Assembly (NCBI GenBank): GCA_038087875.1
Contig: CM075977.1
Location: 35,836,001 to 35,900,000 of the forward strand
Source: Malacoraja senta
Lineage: Eukaryota
Direction of reading: 5' to 3'
DNA length: 64,000 nt
In this document: positions 51,741 through 64,000 of the stretch, piece after piece
Position numbering within the stretch: position 1 is the stretch's first letter
Layout of the letters: every line of letters starts with the position of its first letter
The notes under the pieces: generated by a model
The model's input: the letters and a program-made list of their open reading frames with translations, nothing else
What the model was told of the DNA's origin: nothing
Databases searched by the model: none
Made by a program: the position numbers and the translations under genes

Positions 51741-54700
51741 CTTTTAAAATACTTAATGTTTGCATTTGCAGTCCCAAATGCAAAACTTCCTCCTACACTG
51801 CAGAAGCAACGGACCATTTCTGAATGTTCCTCCTCATACAGAGGAAAATATCTGAGTATTATTATTTAAATATTTTATATCAAAAGGAACATTTGAGAGT
51901 CCACAATACGTATTCCTGGAACAACGTTACATTTAAAATATGTTCTAGACAATGGATCTCGTCTGGTCAAGTACATATTTACAAAATCCATTAATAAATC
52001 ATAACTTCCATTCTGCTGAAATGGTACATCGCAGAGACCAATTCTGGTATTTGAATAATACGTGTTCTGCCAATGCTTTTGCAAGTGAACTGCAGTTATA
52101 TATGAAACTTAACAAAAATAAACGATGCTCCAAACTATTGATGTTCTAAAAAAAATCTCTCTAGTTATACATAAACTTAAGAAAGGTAGAATCACAGAGG
52201 GCATTAGGGGCTGTAATTCAATCTTTGTATTCTGAAACATTCATTAACTGCTCAAGCCTCTCTTGTGTGATTTATGCCTTCAAAACCCCCAAGTTAAATT
52301 ATGGCCATTAGCTTCCTGTCTGGCATTTATTATTCCCCATTCTAAAGCTATCCGAAAACAGAGGGTTTTCTCCATGCAAAAAAGTCATCTTAAATTCGCA
52401 TATTTTAATACAATGTACCAGAAACAACCCCATTTTTCCTTCGTCAACGTTGCCATTTTAGATTGCCCAATAATATATTTGAACAAAAGCCATTGGTTTT
52501 GAGTAAGTAAAACATAACACAAATATTCAGCATTGCTCATGACCATTATCATCCATCAATTTGATAACCTGTTGTCCTCTATCATTACATTCACTTATTA
52601 ACTTAAAAATTTGTTAAAATTAAGCTCGGTGCACATCACAAATCCTAGCGGACTTCATTATGAAAGGTTTATGTTGATGCACATTTTCCAAAAATCTGGT
52701 TAACTAATTCAGTTTAAAACATCTTAATCCTAACTTCCATTAAAAAAACTTTATGATTTGCTTTACACTGGCTACACTGTTGGACAATTCTCGTTCTCTC
52801 ATCCACGGCTACTTCTGCCAAAATTTCCTGGCGACAAAATTAGAATTGGTTTGTTCCGTCATATTTACAATCATTGAATAAGTAAAACGCTAAAGATTCT
52901 GGCACCCTATTGCATAATCTTAAATGTGAGTTGTTTGCTTACAGTTTCCAGCTATGTTGTTCATATTGAAGGTGTAGTTGAACCAGGTTATGTGTATTAC
53001 ATCAGAATGGCAAGGATGGTGTATGTACCCAAAGCAGTTCATATGCTCAAACTGCAATTCCAATACTGGATGATTAAATCAGGATCAATCTAAAAGGTAT
53101 GTTTGCTTCAGAACTTCACGCAGTTTGCTTGGGTCAGGGTTGTATTTAAATGAATTTATGTGAAAACAGTGAAAATAACATAATGCATGTCAGGTAAAGT
53201 TAAATAATATTTCAAGGCGACTTCAGACACATACATAGAGCCCCAAAGGAAAAAAAACTCCATATTAACAGAAGAGCAAATTTTCAAAGGAATAATTTAA
53301 AGGTTTTTAAAAAATATAAAAACCACACTGAACTTTTTCCAGAAGGCTGGTGCCAGTTGTAAATAACTGCTCAGCGTAAATAGCAGAAGAAAGGGACTAA
53401 TGTCTGTGTTACTTTGAGTTGATGTTCGTCAGAATGTTATTTTCACTGAAAATGTATGAAGAAGTAATCTCTGCTAGTTGGACAAAATTAATTGTTTTAT
53501 TTTAACACTTTATGGTGTTAGGAATGCTGTGAAAAGCATGAATCACCACAGACAGAACTCACGCTGGGAGACAGGAGGATATAAATAGGGATTTCTCGCA
53601 GAGTTTAACAATGCGGGAAAAATTCCAGAATGAATGGCAGATTCTCCCACCGAGGTCTTGCAATCCAAAAGACTGCCAGCAAGAGGTTGAACAGAGGAGG
53701 GCACTCTCGCTATGCTAAAACCTATCACTGACCTGGTACATTCATTATAATCTATTCAGTGGCCCAAGTCTCGGGACCCGTAACGTGGAACCACCTGTGG
53801 TACAGCCTGCCATAGTATTCTATTGGAACAGTTGCATTTTCTAAGTATTACAGCATTGCATTACTTGAACAAAACAATCAGCTCTTTGTACACAAAGCAC
53901 AGATGTGAATAGGCTGAAACATTCCTGATACGATGTATTACGTTATCCTCATTGAAAGAGTAAAATATAGAATACCGGGATTTCCTCGGTCTTGAGAGTA
54001 CAAAATTATCCGTCAAGAAACTAAGTTGATGTTCTTTCCAAAGTTGCTGAAGTGCAGACGAGTGTCATTTTGCATTTAAAAAAATGATTGCATGGGATAT
54101 GAGCTTTTAACATGTATTATTGACATGCCTAGTGGGTGGTCTTAAAGACTCTACCAAGCGATTGACTAAAGAACAGAGAACAAACAGGAGATTAAATGAA
54201 GAAAACACTGAGCCTTCTCTCACTGTGCAATTGTCCGCAAGACAGCGACAAAACGTTGAATTTAGGAGGACAACAGTGTAAAATTGAAGGCTGCAGCTGA
54301 CACATATCAAATTAAAAACTTTCAGTGTTCCTTTACTAAAAGTGGCCTGATGCTAATGTGCCAACAAACGGTTTTACTTCTGCACTTAGAAATTGGGAGC
54401 TGGTTGGCTTGCAATTGAATGAATCTGACAAGAATCGGGTTATTACAAAGGCAATCTTCAGCTCTCAGCCATCAACCCTGGACTGCTGCTTCCCCCAAGA
54501 AATGATCTCCTGTGATCAACTGCCACAGAAGATTTTGAGAGCTGCACATGCACCAGTGCAATAGATAATATTCAAAAGGAATAATTAACTGCAACACCCA
54601 TATTATTTAAAAAAGCTAGTAAAATTAAAATTGGATCTGTACCTGCCTGCTTTGAGACGGTATCTGAAAGGTCCTCCTCTAAAAGGCAGCAAATTCAACA

Positions 54701-55427
54701 ATGTGACAATGTTCATGCTGTTTTGAAGGTTCTGGCACAATGACGTCAAGGATGGGGAGCTAATAAATCTGAGACAGGCGCATATTCAAGTTTTTCAATG
54801 CTCTGTATCAGACCCAATGGTCCCCATTTTACAGCTTTTGCATACAGCCATATTTCCCTTCATTTACTGTCATGGCAAGGACCTCAAACATTTGTCAGCA
54901 GGTGTGGCTTATGACTCTGTCGGCTCCCGTGACATCACTTCCAGGTCATGCAGTTTGTGCTGCAGATTGCTCCATTGCCAGGAGGAAAGTTAATAAATAA
55001 AACAAATAACAAAAAAAGGAAAGCCTTTGTTTCTGAAACTAAACAAAAATACCTCATCAATGACACTAAAGTTTCCCTGAAGTAAATATCCTAAAAACAT
55101 GTAACCAAACACAAACCAAAATAAAGAATGTGATGTTCCATCATCTGTATTCATTTGAAAAAAAGAATGGTAATAATTTTGATTGTGCTCACAACATGAC
55201 AAGATTTACATTTGCAAGGTTAAGAAACCAACCCCACCACAAACATTCTCTATACTTAACGACTAAAAACACTTCTCTTTATCTAGATGGGCATGTGATA
55301 AGCTGCCACATGTAACAAACTCACTGCGATCCCTGTTTAACACTCAAATTCAGTGTTAACACTTAACAGAACAGTGGTAAGCTGTGCCGCCAAGGTCAGC
55401 AGCGCAGATGTACTAATTGTATTATGA

Positions 55428-55448
55428 GCTTGACATCTAGTGGCCACC
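55428..55448 (-). promoter_or_regulatory. Candidate CTCF site
   Basis: Minus strand GGTGGCCACTAGATGTCAAGC resembles the CTCF core (TGGCCACYAGRKGGCA). Confidence 0.5.
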
Positions 55449-58400
55449 TAAGGCAGGGCAAAGCAGGCAAAGGTTAAATCAGCAAGCTCTGTCAAAGCAC
55501 TTCTAACTACCCACCCTCAGGGATAACCCATCAGATGCTTGTTGGCACACCATGCAATCCCACCTTTTCAGTAAAGCCAAACAAAGGAAACTAATGTGTT
55601 ACATGGACAACAATGCAGTGCTAATATAGAAAGGAAGCACAAAAGGTCAAAACAACTCCATAGTTTTTGTTAGCACTATGAATAAATCCAGCAACAAATT
55701 TCTACCATAATTACGCCAAAATGTTCCAGTCTCAATCGGGAAATTGCACAGCAGCAGTCAGTCTCAGCACAAATTAAATCATTCCCTAATATTGAGGATT
55801 GAATTGAACAACCATTACAAATTACAACATCTTTATTTTCAAAATAATATGACAGGCTCTGAACTGTCAAGTCACACATTTGAGAATATTTTCACATTGC
55901 TGTCATTCACATAAAATGGTCACCTCACAAGTAGTTTAATCACCAAGTTGTGGTCCACTTATATTGACATCAACCAGCTCTGGTCTGATCAATGCCTAAG
56001 AAATGGAAGAAATTAACAAACCTACTCTGGTACCAGCAACCAAGAAAATGAATGAAGCTAAATCACTCAGAACAGCCTCAACATAAATGAGAAATGGCTA
56101 AGTTATTCTAAATTTGTTTGCATTAGCCAATAACCTAAAATTAAAACTAATTATTACTTAAACCTTTGAAGCTACAAACAACGGAATTAAAATGGCAATA
56201 AAAGAGGACTTAGGATATTTTTACTGGTGATTTTGAAATTCTAAGATACAAATATAAAAGTGTTACAGTCCTTTGTAATTTTTACATGCTGATTTGGCGA
56301 CTGGAATAAACAAGTGACTCTTTAAATTATCTGCATCAAGACAATTTTGTGATCAGCAGCTTAAGACAACAATGAACGTATTTACTTGAGCTTTCTCTAT
56401 CAAGTTAGGTTTTCTTAAAGAATGCACTTGAGCAAATCAGGAGCTTGGTCTCAAACAGCTTTTAGAATGGGATTAAGTACATTTACTGAACAAAAATTGC
56501 AATTGTTAATTCAGAGAGAAAATACTCTGATGATTATATTGTATTTGCTTGGCCTACAAATTCTATATTTTCATCTCACAAAATCTACAGAATTATTTTC
56601 AAAAGCCACAAACACATTTTTATAAGAGTACCAAATGCTTTTGCAAAGTATATAATTTGATTATTTAAAAATTAAAGTAGAACAATTGCCGTAACATTTA
56701 ACTACTTCTTAGTTGAAGAAAAATGACACCACATTATGCTGAGTGAGCATATGTTAAAAAGCACAACATGCAGCAACAAATACAGTAACACTGACAGAGC
56801 TGGCAGCATTTATTGACAAAGAATATTTTTGAGGCAGATAAAGTTCCAAGCGGTTGGTATTTATTGCTGTGTTACTCTTACTACATAAGGTGACTAATGT
56901 TCAGTAACAGTGTAACTGAGGGGGTTTCTTGATCTGAAGTTGCAATTTAAAAAGGTATTGCCTTATGAATAAAACAGTTTATACATTCTCTTCCCATTTC
57001 TTTGGAAGGAGAATACATTTGATCAAGCGCACACAAAATGAATGATCTACAAGCATCATTGTTTTATGTTGGCAACATAATACTCTGGCACAAATTTACT
57101 AGAGTGTTAAATAAAATAAATCGAGGGTCATCCTTTACTGACACAAATTATTACACTAACCATACCACCATCTGTCACAATTTAAAACTAAATTATCTTT
57201 TCTGTTCCCTCTTCTGTAATGACAACTTAAAATTCCTGTTATATTTTCATTAATCAATCGTTAATGTGACATAAAAAAGCACAAGGCAGTTCTAACTGTG
57301 CATACAAAATTTATTTACGGTTGTGCCAAACACAACCTGCTATGAGTGAACAGTTTTAATTTAGCAGAGCAGCTAGTAACAGGAGCAGAGATTCGGTACT
57401 GTCCATTGATGCTTCTTACCAAGCATATCAGCTATTGTACTAAATAGATTACTATCATTACAAATGACAGGTCATAATACTTCCCACAGAGCTTTTTTTT
57501 CTACAGTATTATCATTCAATTCTGCAAATATTAACGCAAAACTGCACCCTGAGAGGAGTGTTTTGTCTTTATTAAAGATAGTTTTTGAAGCATAAATCAT
57601 TGAGGACGCTCAGGCATGCAATGTATCGGGATGGAAAATTTAAGTGACTCATGGCATGAGCAATTCTTATTTACATTATACGGTGTCCTTATCCAAGTAT
57701 TCAAGTTGCCCACTGTCATCTAACTTGAAGTCAGGGCACTGCTATTTCAGAAGTTTAAAAGAGGCATATTTTCTATACTAATTCATGCAGGATTTACAGT
57801 AAATGAATTTAAATTAATCATATTTAATTCTCCAGATCACACGTACCTTTAGTGGAAATGAGCTAAGGTCATTCAATTTAATACTTCACTATACCATCTC
57901 GAAAGTGTGTCACAACAAGAATTATTGCACCGCCAATGCCAAGGAATTCAACACTTCACACCATTGAAAAATAATGTATCACTTGATTCACCGAAGGAAG
58001 GGGAGAAATTATAAGCCAGCGACTCTCTTACCCAATTAAATAATAACATGTAAACTTGGTTGATATCGCTCTTCATAGCGGTGGGTTTAAAAAGGCAGCC
58101 ATTCATTCCTCTCCCTCTGAACTTCAATCAGTCTCTCTGTTGACTGCCAGATTAATGATGTGATGATCTGATTAAACCAGCGCATTATATCGCAATCTCA
58201 GTGCGAAAACTAAACTTCAAACTTTTCTAGCAACCAATTGCCCGCACATAGCGCCCTGCTTAAAAACTCCTGAAATGCGGATACTACACAAAATGATCAA
58301 ACCTATGTTCCTTCCAATAATACAGCAGGTTACAATTCCACTATCCAAAATTTCTGCTGCAGATGTTTTTGTGTCTGCAAGTTTGTGGGTAAATATTTGA

Positions 58401-60095
58401 CGAACTATTACGATTTTATTTTGCACAATACACCAAAAATATATGGATAATTTCGGAAGGCCTCTCTCCCATTTAGTTTTTAATGCCTTGAAATCGTTAC
58501 ATTGTTGAACTGATCGCTTGTGAGAGCCGATTTGCAGCTATTCACACGTTCCAATAATAATGCTAAAAATTCCACACTGGGGTGCAGTGTAGTCCTTTTG
58601 ATTGTGAAGCTGTTCTTTTCTCTCCCCCCGCAGAAATAAATCCATTCATTCGGTCATGTAGTCATTGAGAGCCGATACAAAACAAGCCCAACTGTGAGAA
58701 ACTCTACGTGTTGAAGTAAACAAAAAACATTTCCATGACAAAAAAGAGACACTTTGCACTTAATCTACTCTTGCCTTGTGCAAGCGTATGGTTCAATTTG
58801 TTGGTTTTATTTCATCCTGGCCCGGTCTTAAACGGAACAGATACAAACGGTGCGCTTCACCTATATTGTCACACTGATTTGAATACCAGTCTTATCATTT
58901 TACAGTAATATCATTTTCCACTATCATATCTGTAAAGTCACGTGAAGTTTTTTTTATTCGTGAAGGTAAATGTATTTCGCCCGCTTTTGCTTGCGCGACT
59001 TCGCAACTGGACTTTGAGAATGCCAACGTTAATTTGCACCAAAATGTATAAAGAGAAAGACGAGGGTAGCTGTAAAATAAACCAGCAGAACGCAGAACAG
59101 TCCGGGAATCACTTTTCTAAATCATACATAAGATGATTCTTGTCATACTTTCTCGCAATTATTCATTTCTCTCGCGCCTGACTCTGAGGGACGATGCTGT
59201 CCTTGAGCACAGTTTAAAAAAAAGAAATAGCATTTAATCAGTGGCAAGCTTTTTTTGGGGAGGTTGAACTCTGACCACGATGCGCCTATCCCCACCCCCC
59301 CCCCCCCCACACACACATTAGGTGCAAACACGTTTTGACAGTTTAATGCTGTCACCTTTGTTTTTTTATTAAGCAAGTCCTTTCCGTCCTCCCTCGCCTC
59401 CTGGCTGCTAGCATTTTTTAAACAGAATATCGCTTCCCCAAAATAAAATGTAATGGACTAACCAGCAGCAGCGAGTCGAATAAAGATGCTGGTCAGTTAA
59501 TGGACAGTTGCATTTAATCTCAGTAATACACCAAAACAAAAATAACAGGGAGGGCAATAAAAACTCTTATAGTGTTAGAAGAGTGAATTAATATTTTTTT
59601 TTTAAAGAATATTGGTTTAGTTATTAGTTTTACGCTATCGTTGAATGTACATGGTGATGGAACGATTCTTGTTGGCGCTACATTTCAAAAAGCGAGTGTT
59701 CTTCCTTAAACTGGGCAAAGCAACAAAAAAAACCCCGACGCTTTTAATGTAACCAGTTGGGTTTTTTTGGGGGGGGGGGACAGTCCTAAAGTAGGAGATC
59801 AAAGATGGCTGGTAACGGAAACTGGAGCTGGACTTTTTGATCACAGCCACATACACACACGCACCAGTCACAACGACTGACCGCTGGCCACATAATCTCC
59901 GCCATCTCTCCTCAACCTGCACATCCCTAAAGTCCATGAAATGAAATAAATTCACAGGCACAAAAATAAAATGTATATTCTTCCAACAATCAAGCTAAAC
60001 CTCCCTCCACCATCCCACACCAGACTGAAAACTTCTGTCAAGCCCCAAACGAACCAGGATGTCCTTTAGCGATCACGTTGTTTTATATCTGAAAG

Positions 60096-60096
<1 letters not shown>

Positions 60097-60132
<36 letters not shown>
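60097..60132. repeat. (CA)n microsatellite
   Basis: Directly visible. Confidence 0.9.
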
Positions 60133-60975
60133 GTACTCGCTCCTTCTTGCCTATCAATTCAAAGTTACAAGGTCCGGTATTAGGCGAATTAAAAGCCAAG
60201 GGAATTAAGGATTTAGCGACCAACACAGTGTTCGCTCACATCTGTTACTTAAAACACTTCAACTGAAAGGCTTCTTGGAAACACTCAGCTGGGGATGAGA
60301 GAGGGAGGGGAGGGGAGGGGGTGTTTGTGTTTGGAGTTTGGTTTCCGGGGACCGAATCCCCGACTCCATCTGCCTTTGGTGCCCGTTTGCAACTCAGAGA
60401 GAGAGGAGACAGGGCTGGTAAGCACCCTAGCGCTCCCCTTCTTCACGGCCACTGCCCCCCTGTGCAACACACCTAAAACACCTCCGCCTTTTTTTAGTGC
60501 AACACGCAAACACTACAAAACAAGATAAATAAAAGTGAAAGATAACGCACTGACCCAGTTGTATCACTTTCTAAAACTAACCGAACACTCCTGAAACTAC
60601 TGGCGGCTTGTGCCGCTCACTCGCGAGTAGCATAAAAGCGGGTGAAAAAAATTGCTGCATTTCCCCTAATTCTTCGTCCGAAGTCCATATTAAAGGAAGG
60701 AGGGGGTGGACATCTGTGCAAACATTGCACAAGAGTTGCAAGCTAGACTAAAATATGATGCAAGCCCCCACCCCCTTATATAAAATAAATAAATGCATTA
60801 AAATGTTTCTCTCCCTCTCCCGTCAACTTCAGCCTTTTTTTCCGGGACAAAAATGATTTTATAAAATTTTGATACAAAATCCAAAGAGGGAGAGAGAGTG
60901 AGAGACGGGGGGGGGGGGGGGGGGGGTTACAAACATAATTAAATAATAAGCATATTGGAAGAAATTCATACTTAC

Positions 60976-61051
60976 AATTTTGAGAAACTATTGGCACCGC
61001 TTCCTCGTCCGACTTGAGATGCTGGGGTCTAGGTTGCTTGCGGCGCGACAT
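60976..61051 (-). CDS. SALL3: SALL3 coding exon 1 (NuRD-recruiting N-terminal motif)
   Basis: Perfect Kozak GCCACCATG; encodes MSRRKQPRPQHLKSDEEAVPIVSQN plus 1 nt; donor T|GTAAGT at 60975-60970. Confidence 0.95.
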
Positions 61052-61258
61052 GGTGGCAGATACATCAGCGAGGCATATAAAAAAATTTCACAAATACCGA
61101 CTTGCAAAATTACGGAAATTAGCCGGGCAGGAGTGGCGCAAGTGCGCATGTCAGTATATAATTATGATTATCAATAATGCATTGCGATTAATCATCGCCG
61201 CATCTGACAGACGATTGGATCCTTTCCAGAGGGGGAGACACTTTGAGATTATTCAAAT

Positions 61259-61554
61259 GAGAGAGAGGCAGAGAGAGAGAGAGAGAGAGCGAGTGATCAA
61301 TTAGCCGCGGCCCCGGCTACTTGCAGCTGCCGCCGCCGCCGCCGCCGCTGCTCCCCGCTCTTCTAGTGCAACCAACCGGACAGACAACCCCACAGCAGCA
61401 AGCTTGCTTGTTGTTCGCATAGTTTGCAGAAATTCTGCAAAAAAGGTCTCTCCAGAATGATTGCTTGCTTCTTGTGAAAAAGTCTTCTTCACGGCCTGTG
61501 CAGACACACACACACACACACACAGACACAACACACACACACACACACACACAC
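61259..61554. repeat. Cluster of (GA)n, (GCC)n and (CA)n microsatellites upstream of the ATG
   Basis: (GA)n 61259-61290, about (GCC)7 61328-61348, (CA)n 61505-61554. Confidence 0.9.
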
Positions 61555-64000
61555 GTATATACTTCTCCAAAGCATGCACTGTTTAGAGATATATGTGCAA
61601 ACAAATAGATTTGTTCTGATAGTAGTCACTTCGATTTGGACTGGTTTTTTTTAACACGCAAACTTTTCTCCGTTGTGTCTGTGCGTGTGCTTTATATACT
61701 TATGTGTACATATATAGGTGTGTGTGTGTTCAGAGGCAGAGAGGCAATGGAAGGGAGCGGGACGTTACGCTTAAAGCGAGGAGGAGCGGAGTGAGTGTCA
61801 CGTCTTCTTGTAGTCGGTCTCCATGCGCTGTGCTTACGAGGCGTCGCTGAGATAAAGGTTGCGCCGGGTCGAGTCCGAGCCTTCATGATGCCGCGTGTCA
61901 CCGAGCCCAACACAAAGTCCAACGCCAAATAAAAAGCCAGCCCTACGGTAGACCGACATATCATGTCCTTGCGGAAGTTGTTCGCGGCTTCAACGCAAAC
62001 CTCCTCACGGTAACGTTGTGGGCCGCAGAGTTCGCAGGTTGGACGGGAGGAAGTGCCGGTGTGGGATGTAATGAAACCCTTGCGTGTCTCCCAGGCTGAG
62101 CCAACAAGTTGTTGCCTTTCGCCTACAGCATCAGCGCAGCAACACTACGAAATGTCGCCGCTAGGATGTACCAGACAGTTACTTTAACCCAACTCTCAAA
62201 CACCAGCACCGATAGCCTCTCTCTCTCTCTTCACATACACACACACTTTATTTTATTTTCCTCATAATCCCATCATGTATTCATAGTATAATATATATAT
62301 ATATTTTGACATTTATCCATTTTCTTTCATTTATACCTATTTTAGACTAACAACTGCGGCCCAGAGTCCGCATGTTCGGGTTGTTTTAGGGACCATGGGG
62401 TGAAGGATTGCTGCTTGCACGCGTCTTTCGGTCTGCACTGCAAACAGTCGGACTGGGCATTTATTTTGCTTGCATTGACATAAATGCCATTAAAATCCTA
62501 TTATAAGGATAAACACTTGTTGATCGTGATATTGCTGGCGAGCATGTCGCACGGAATGCGTGATCCTACCGTGCAATGAAACTTGTGGGAACTCCAACGA
62601 AAGATTGCCCTTCAGTCACCTCCCTGCACCTTTAATAATTGCCACCCATGAATGTTAGATTAACGGAGAGCACTGGCTATATATTTGATATTTCATTGGA
62701 TTCAACGTGTCTTTAACACGCGTGGGTTATGCATTCAAATGCTTCGTTGGACACAAATTTCAACCTTCGGATGAATGCAGGAAATAAGCTAATGAATGCA
62801 AACCCGCTGTAATGAAAGCGCAACGTCCCTTTTCTTATTTTACATACTTTGTTTCAACCTAATAATGCAGCTAAGGGATAAAGATATGTTTTCATCGCAG
62901 AGATCGAAGTGCTCACGGTGATTATCCAAGTGCGGCTACACACCAAACCAACAAGCTCTCCGCGCAGTAAGGCGGAATCATTTGAATATATGTTAAATAA
63001 ATTTGACCCATTCGTTAACCTGAAACACAGATCATGGCTTTACCCCCACCTCGCCGTCTCCGCAAACTCTTTGGATACTCGCATTTACAAGTCGCTGCTG
63101 AATGCGAAACGGGTCTAGCATTACATGGATTTAATTAACTCTTAAAAATCGTAATTTGTAAATTCGCGGGATTTATCGAAATGTTGAGATTGTTTGAGGC
63201 AATATCTCACTATTAAAACTGAAATATAACGAATTTACAACATTTCGCTCCGGTCGGTAAAATCTCTCGTAGTTTTGAGAATCTTTAATATAACGTATTA
63301 AACAAATTCGAAGCCCAGATATTATTATTAACAATAAAGTATTCCAATTATCATTTAGTTTGTAAATTACGAATAAGTAGACTCCCTGGAGAGTGGCAGA
63401 GTTGGAGCTTGGGGGGTGGGGAATCTTGTGAATTTATCAGATCTTAGCGAAGTTGCATCAATAAAACTTGGGGAAACAAATCTACGTTTTATTTCTTTAA
63501 GTAACTAATTATTCATTCTTGGTGTCTGCGACGTAGTAGTTTAACCAAAGTAATTATAGAAAAATCGCGACTAAACTTATTTATCATTTATATCGAGCGT
63601 TAAGGATTTGAAGACGAGTTTGAAAAAATATATTTCTTGGTATGGAAATTACAAACACTGGGAAAGACTTTAAAGCGAAGAAAAATGGCAATGTATTTTA
63701 TCTTGGAGCGATATTGAGTTTTGACTTTCTTGACGCGTCAGCGAAATAAGGTTGGCAAAGTATGAGGTTAAATAATCAGCCATTGTACTATTTTTCTTGC
63801 ACTTTCAAAAACGACAGCCTGTTGGGTCAGTTGATACTTGCTCGAGTTAAGTCTAACGCTGGCTTTATATATTTTTTAAAGGGATTTATGTGAAAAAAAT
63901 ATGTCCAAGAGATCAAGTTGGAATAAGATTGATAAAGATGAACCCATCGCAAAACATTGGAAATGTATTCGGTTTGATCTGGTGATTGTTGCGCAGTCTG

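Larger units (their letters stand above)
5657..61051 (-). other. SALL3: SALL3 gene span (start codon to stop codon), 3 coding exons, predicted 1329 aa
   Basis: Exons join in frame: 76 nt (phase 1) + 3482 nt + 432 nt, all with canonical GT-AG junctions. SALL3 rather than SALL1/2/4 is indicated by [28 protein letters not shown], the ZFC3 variant box GCSTMGNLK and the C-terminus [16 protein letters not shown]. Confidence 0.93.
58900..62200 (-). promoter_or_regulatory. CpG-island promoter, 5' UTR and start of intron 1 of SALL3
   Basis: Marked CpG enrichment around exon 1; NRF1-like TGCGCATG near 61143; TATATA at 61155-61160; (GCC)n, (GA)n and (CA)n tracts. Confidence 0.7.

Overview
Vertebrate genomic DNA, almost certainly from a cartilaginous fish (the repeat families suggest a skate or ray). 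The window is dominated by one complete minus-strand gene, the spalt-like zinc-finger transcription factor SALL3. Its coding exons are exon 1 61051-60976, exon 2 19374-15893 and exon 3 6088-5657, with phase-compatible GT-AG junctions and a 1329-aa product. Intron 1 is about 41.6 kb and intron 2 about 9.8 kb. A CpG-rich promoter region lies at about 58.9-64 kb. The introns carry CR1-type LINE fragments, a young Rex1-like LINE nested in a V-SINE, V-, Deu- and CORE-type SINEs, a Penelope-like GIY-YIG remnant with several hammerhead-ribozyme-like cores, microsatellites and a 267-N gap. The most interesting signals are: a 216-nt in-frame exitron that exactly removes zinc-finger cluster 3; a candidate poison exon deep in intron 1; orientation-biased hammerhead relics; and several candidate conserved enhancers plus a CTCF-like site. 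I see no convincing new protein-coding system: the other ORFs are TE debris, antisense shadows of SALL3 or chance.
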